A stretch of DNA of 64,000 nucleotides from a virus: the IMG/VR virus record IMGVR_UViG_3300045988_165550, positions 1 to 64,000 of that record. One strand, written 5' to 3'. Made by a program: the position numbers and the translations under genes. Positions 63,873 to 64,000 of the stretch are shown in pieces; position 1 is the stretch's first letter, and each line of letters opens with the position of its first letter. The notes below the pieces were generated by a model. That model was not told the DNA's origin and did no database searches. It saw only the letters and a list, made by a program, of their open reading frames with translations.

Positions 63873-63897
63873 CCGTTCCCAGCGATTCCGTCGCTGG
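63873..63897 (+). repeat. Hairpin repeat CCGTTCCCAGCGATTCCGTCGCTGG, copy 4
   Basis: Stem CCAGCGA/TCGCTGG in a non-coding region. Confidence 0.85.
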
Positions 63898-63987
63898 TTT
63901 CCTCTCTCAAACCCATATTAAATGTTAAAAATATAACTTATTTCAAATATTATATAGATAACCTATATTCTTTTCGATTTATTTTTG

Positions 63988-63995
63988 TATCTTTG
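63988..63995 (+). promoter_or_regulatory. -7 box TATCTTTG at the window edge (TTTTGTATCTTTGCAGCA, near-identical to 1901-1918)
   Basis: Matches TAnnTTTG. The downstream gene lies outside the window. Confidence 0.45.
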
Positions 63996-64000
63996 CAGCA

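Noticed and set aside
890-64000. Stop-codon reassignment (TAG or TGA recoding, as in some Bacteroidota-infecting phages) as an explanation for the long gene-free tracts.
   Set aside because: All recognisable genes are intact under the standard code and end at normal stops. The gene-free tracts contain stops of all three kinds in every frame.
63147-64000. attP with integrase arm-type sites.
   Set aside because: No tyrosine or serine recombinase or excisionase is visible anywhere in the window, and a plasmid-type maintenance module is present. It is kept only as one of several hypotheses in the findings.

Overview
This window looks like part of a large tailed phage or phage-plasmid from a Bacteroidota host (Bacteroides/Prevotella-like). 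The host call rests on promoters matching the Bacteroides -33 TTTG / -7 TAnnTTTG consensus, A-rich start contexts and the absence of Shine-Dalgarno sites. About 74 densely packed genes are present, mostly on the + strand. Recognisable genes fall into three groups. Plasmid-type maintenance: ParA, a small RHH-like partner, repeat arrays, a 22-bp iteron origin and a Rep-like initiator (15.9-19.7 kb). Replication: DEDDh exonuclease, a 1226-aa primase/helicase-like protein, an SSB-like protein, a beta-clamp and a second clamp-like protein. Virion and lysis: large terminase, a 2095-aa tape measure protein and a holin-like protein. Also present are two DNA methyltransferases, two radical-SAM proteins, two GNATs, a J-domain protein and an XRE-type repressor. 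No integrase, DNA polymerase, capsid or portal gene, tRNA or CRISPR array is seen in the window. The most unusual content is non-coding. (1) A 26-nt hairpin-forming leader sits 6-7 nt upstream of the ATG of six consecutive small, mostly acidic genes. (2) A G+C-rich, heavily self-complementary island of about 550 nt has no credible ORF. (3) A structured intergenic region of about 590 nt lies upstream of the primase gene. (4) A 25-nt hairpin repeat occurs four times. (5) A triple-hairpin element of about 95 bp occurs twice in inverted orientation, 12.7 kb apart. (6) Heptamer arrays with 7-nt periodicity fill many intergenic regions. (7) Two promoter classes differ in their -33 regions. All functional calls come from motifs read by eye; no searches were run.
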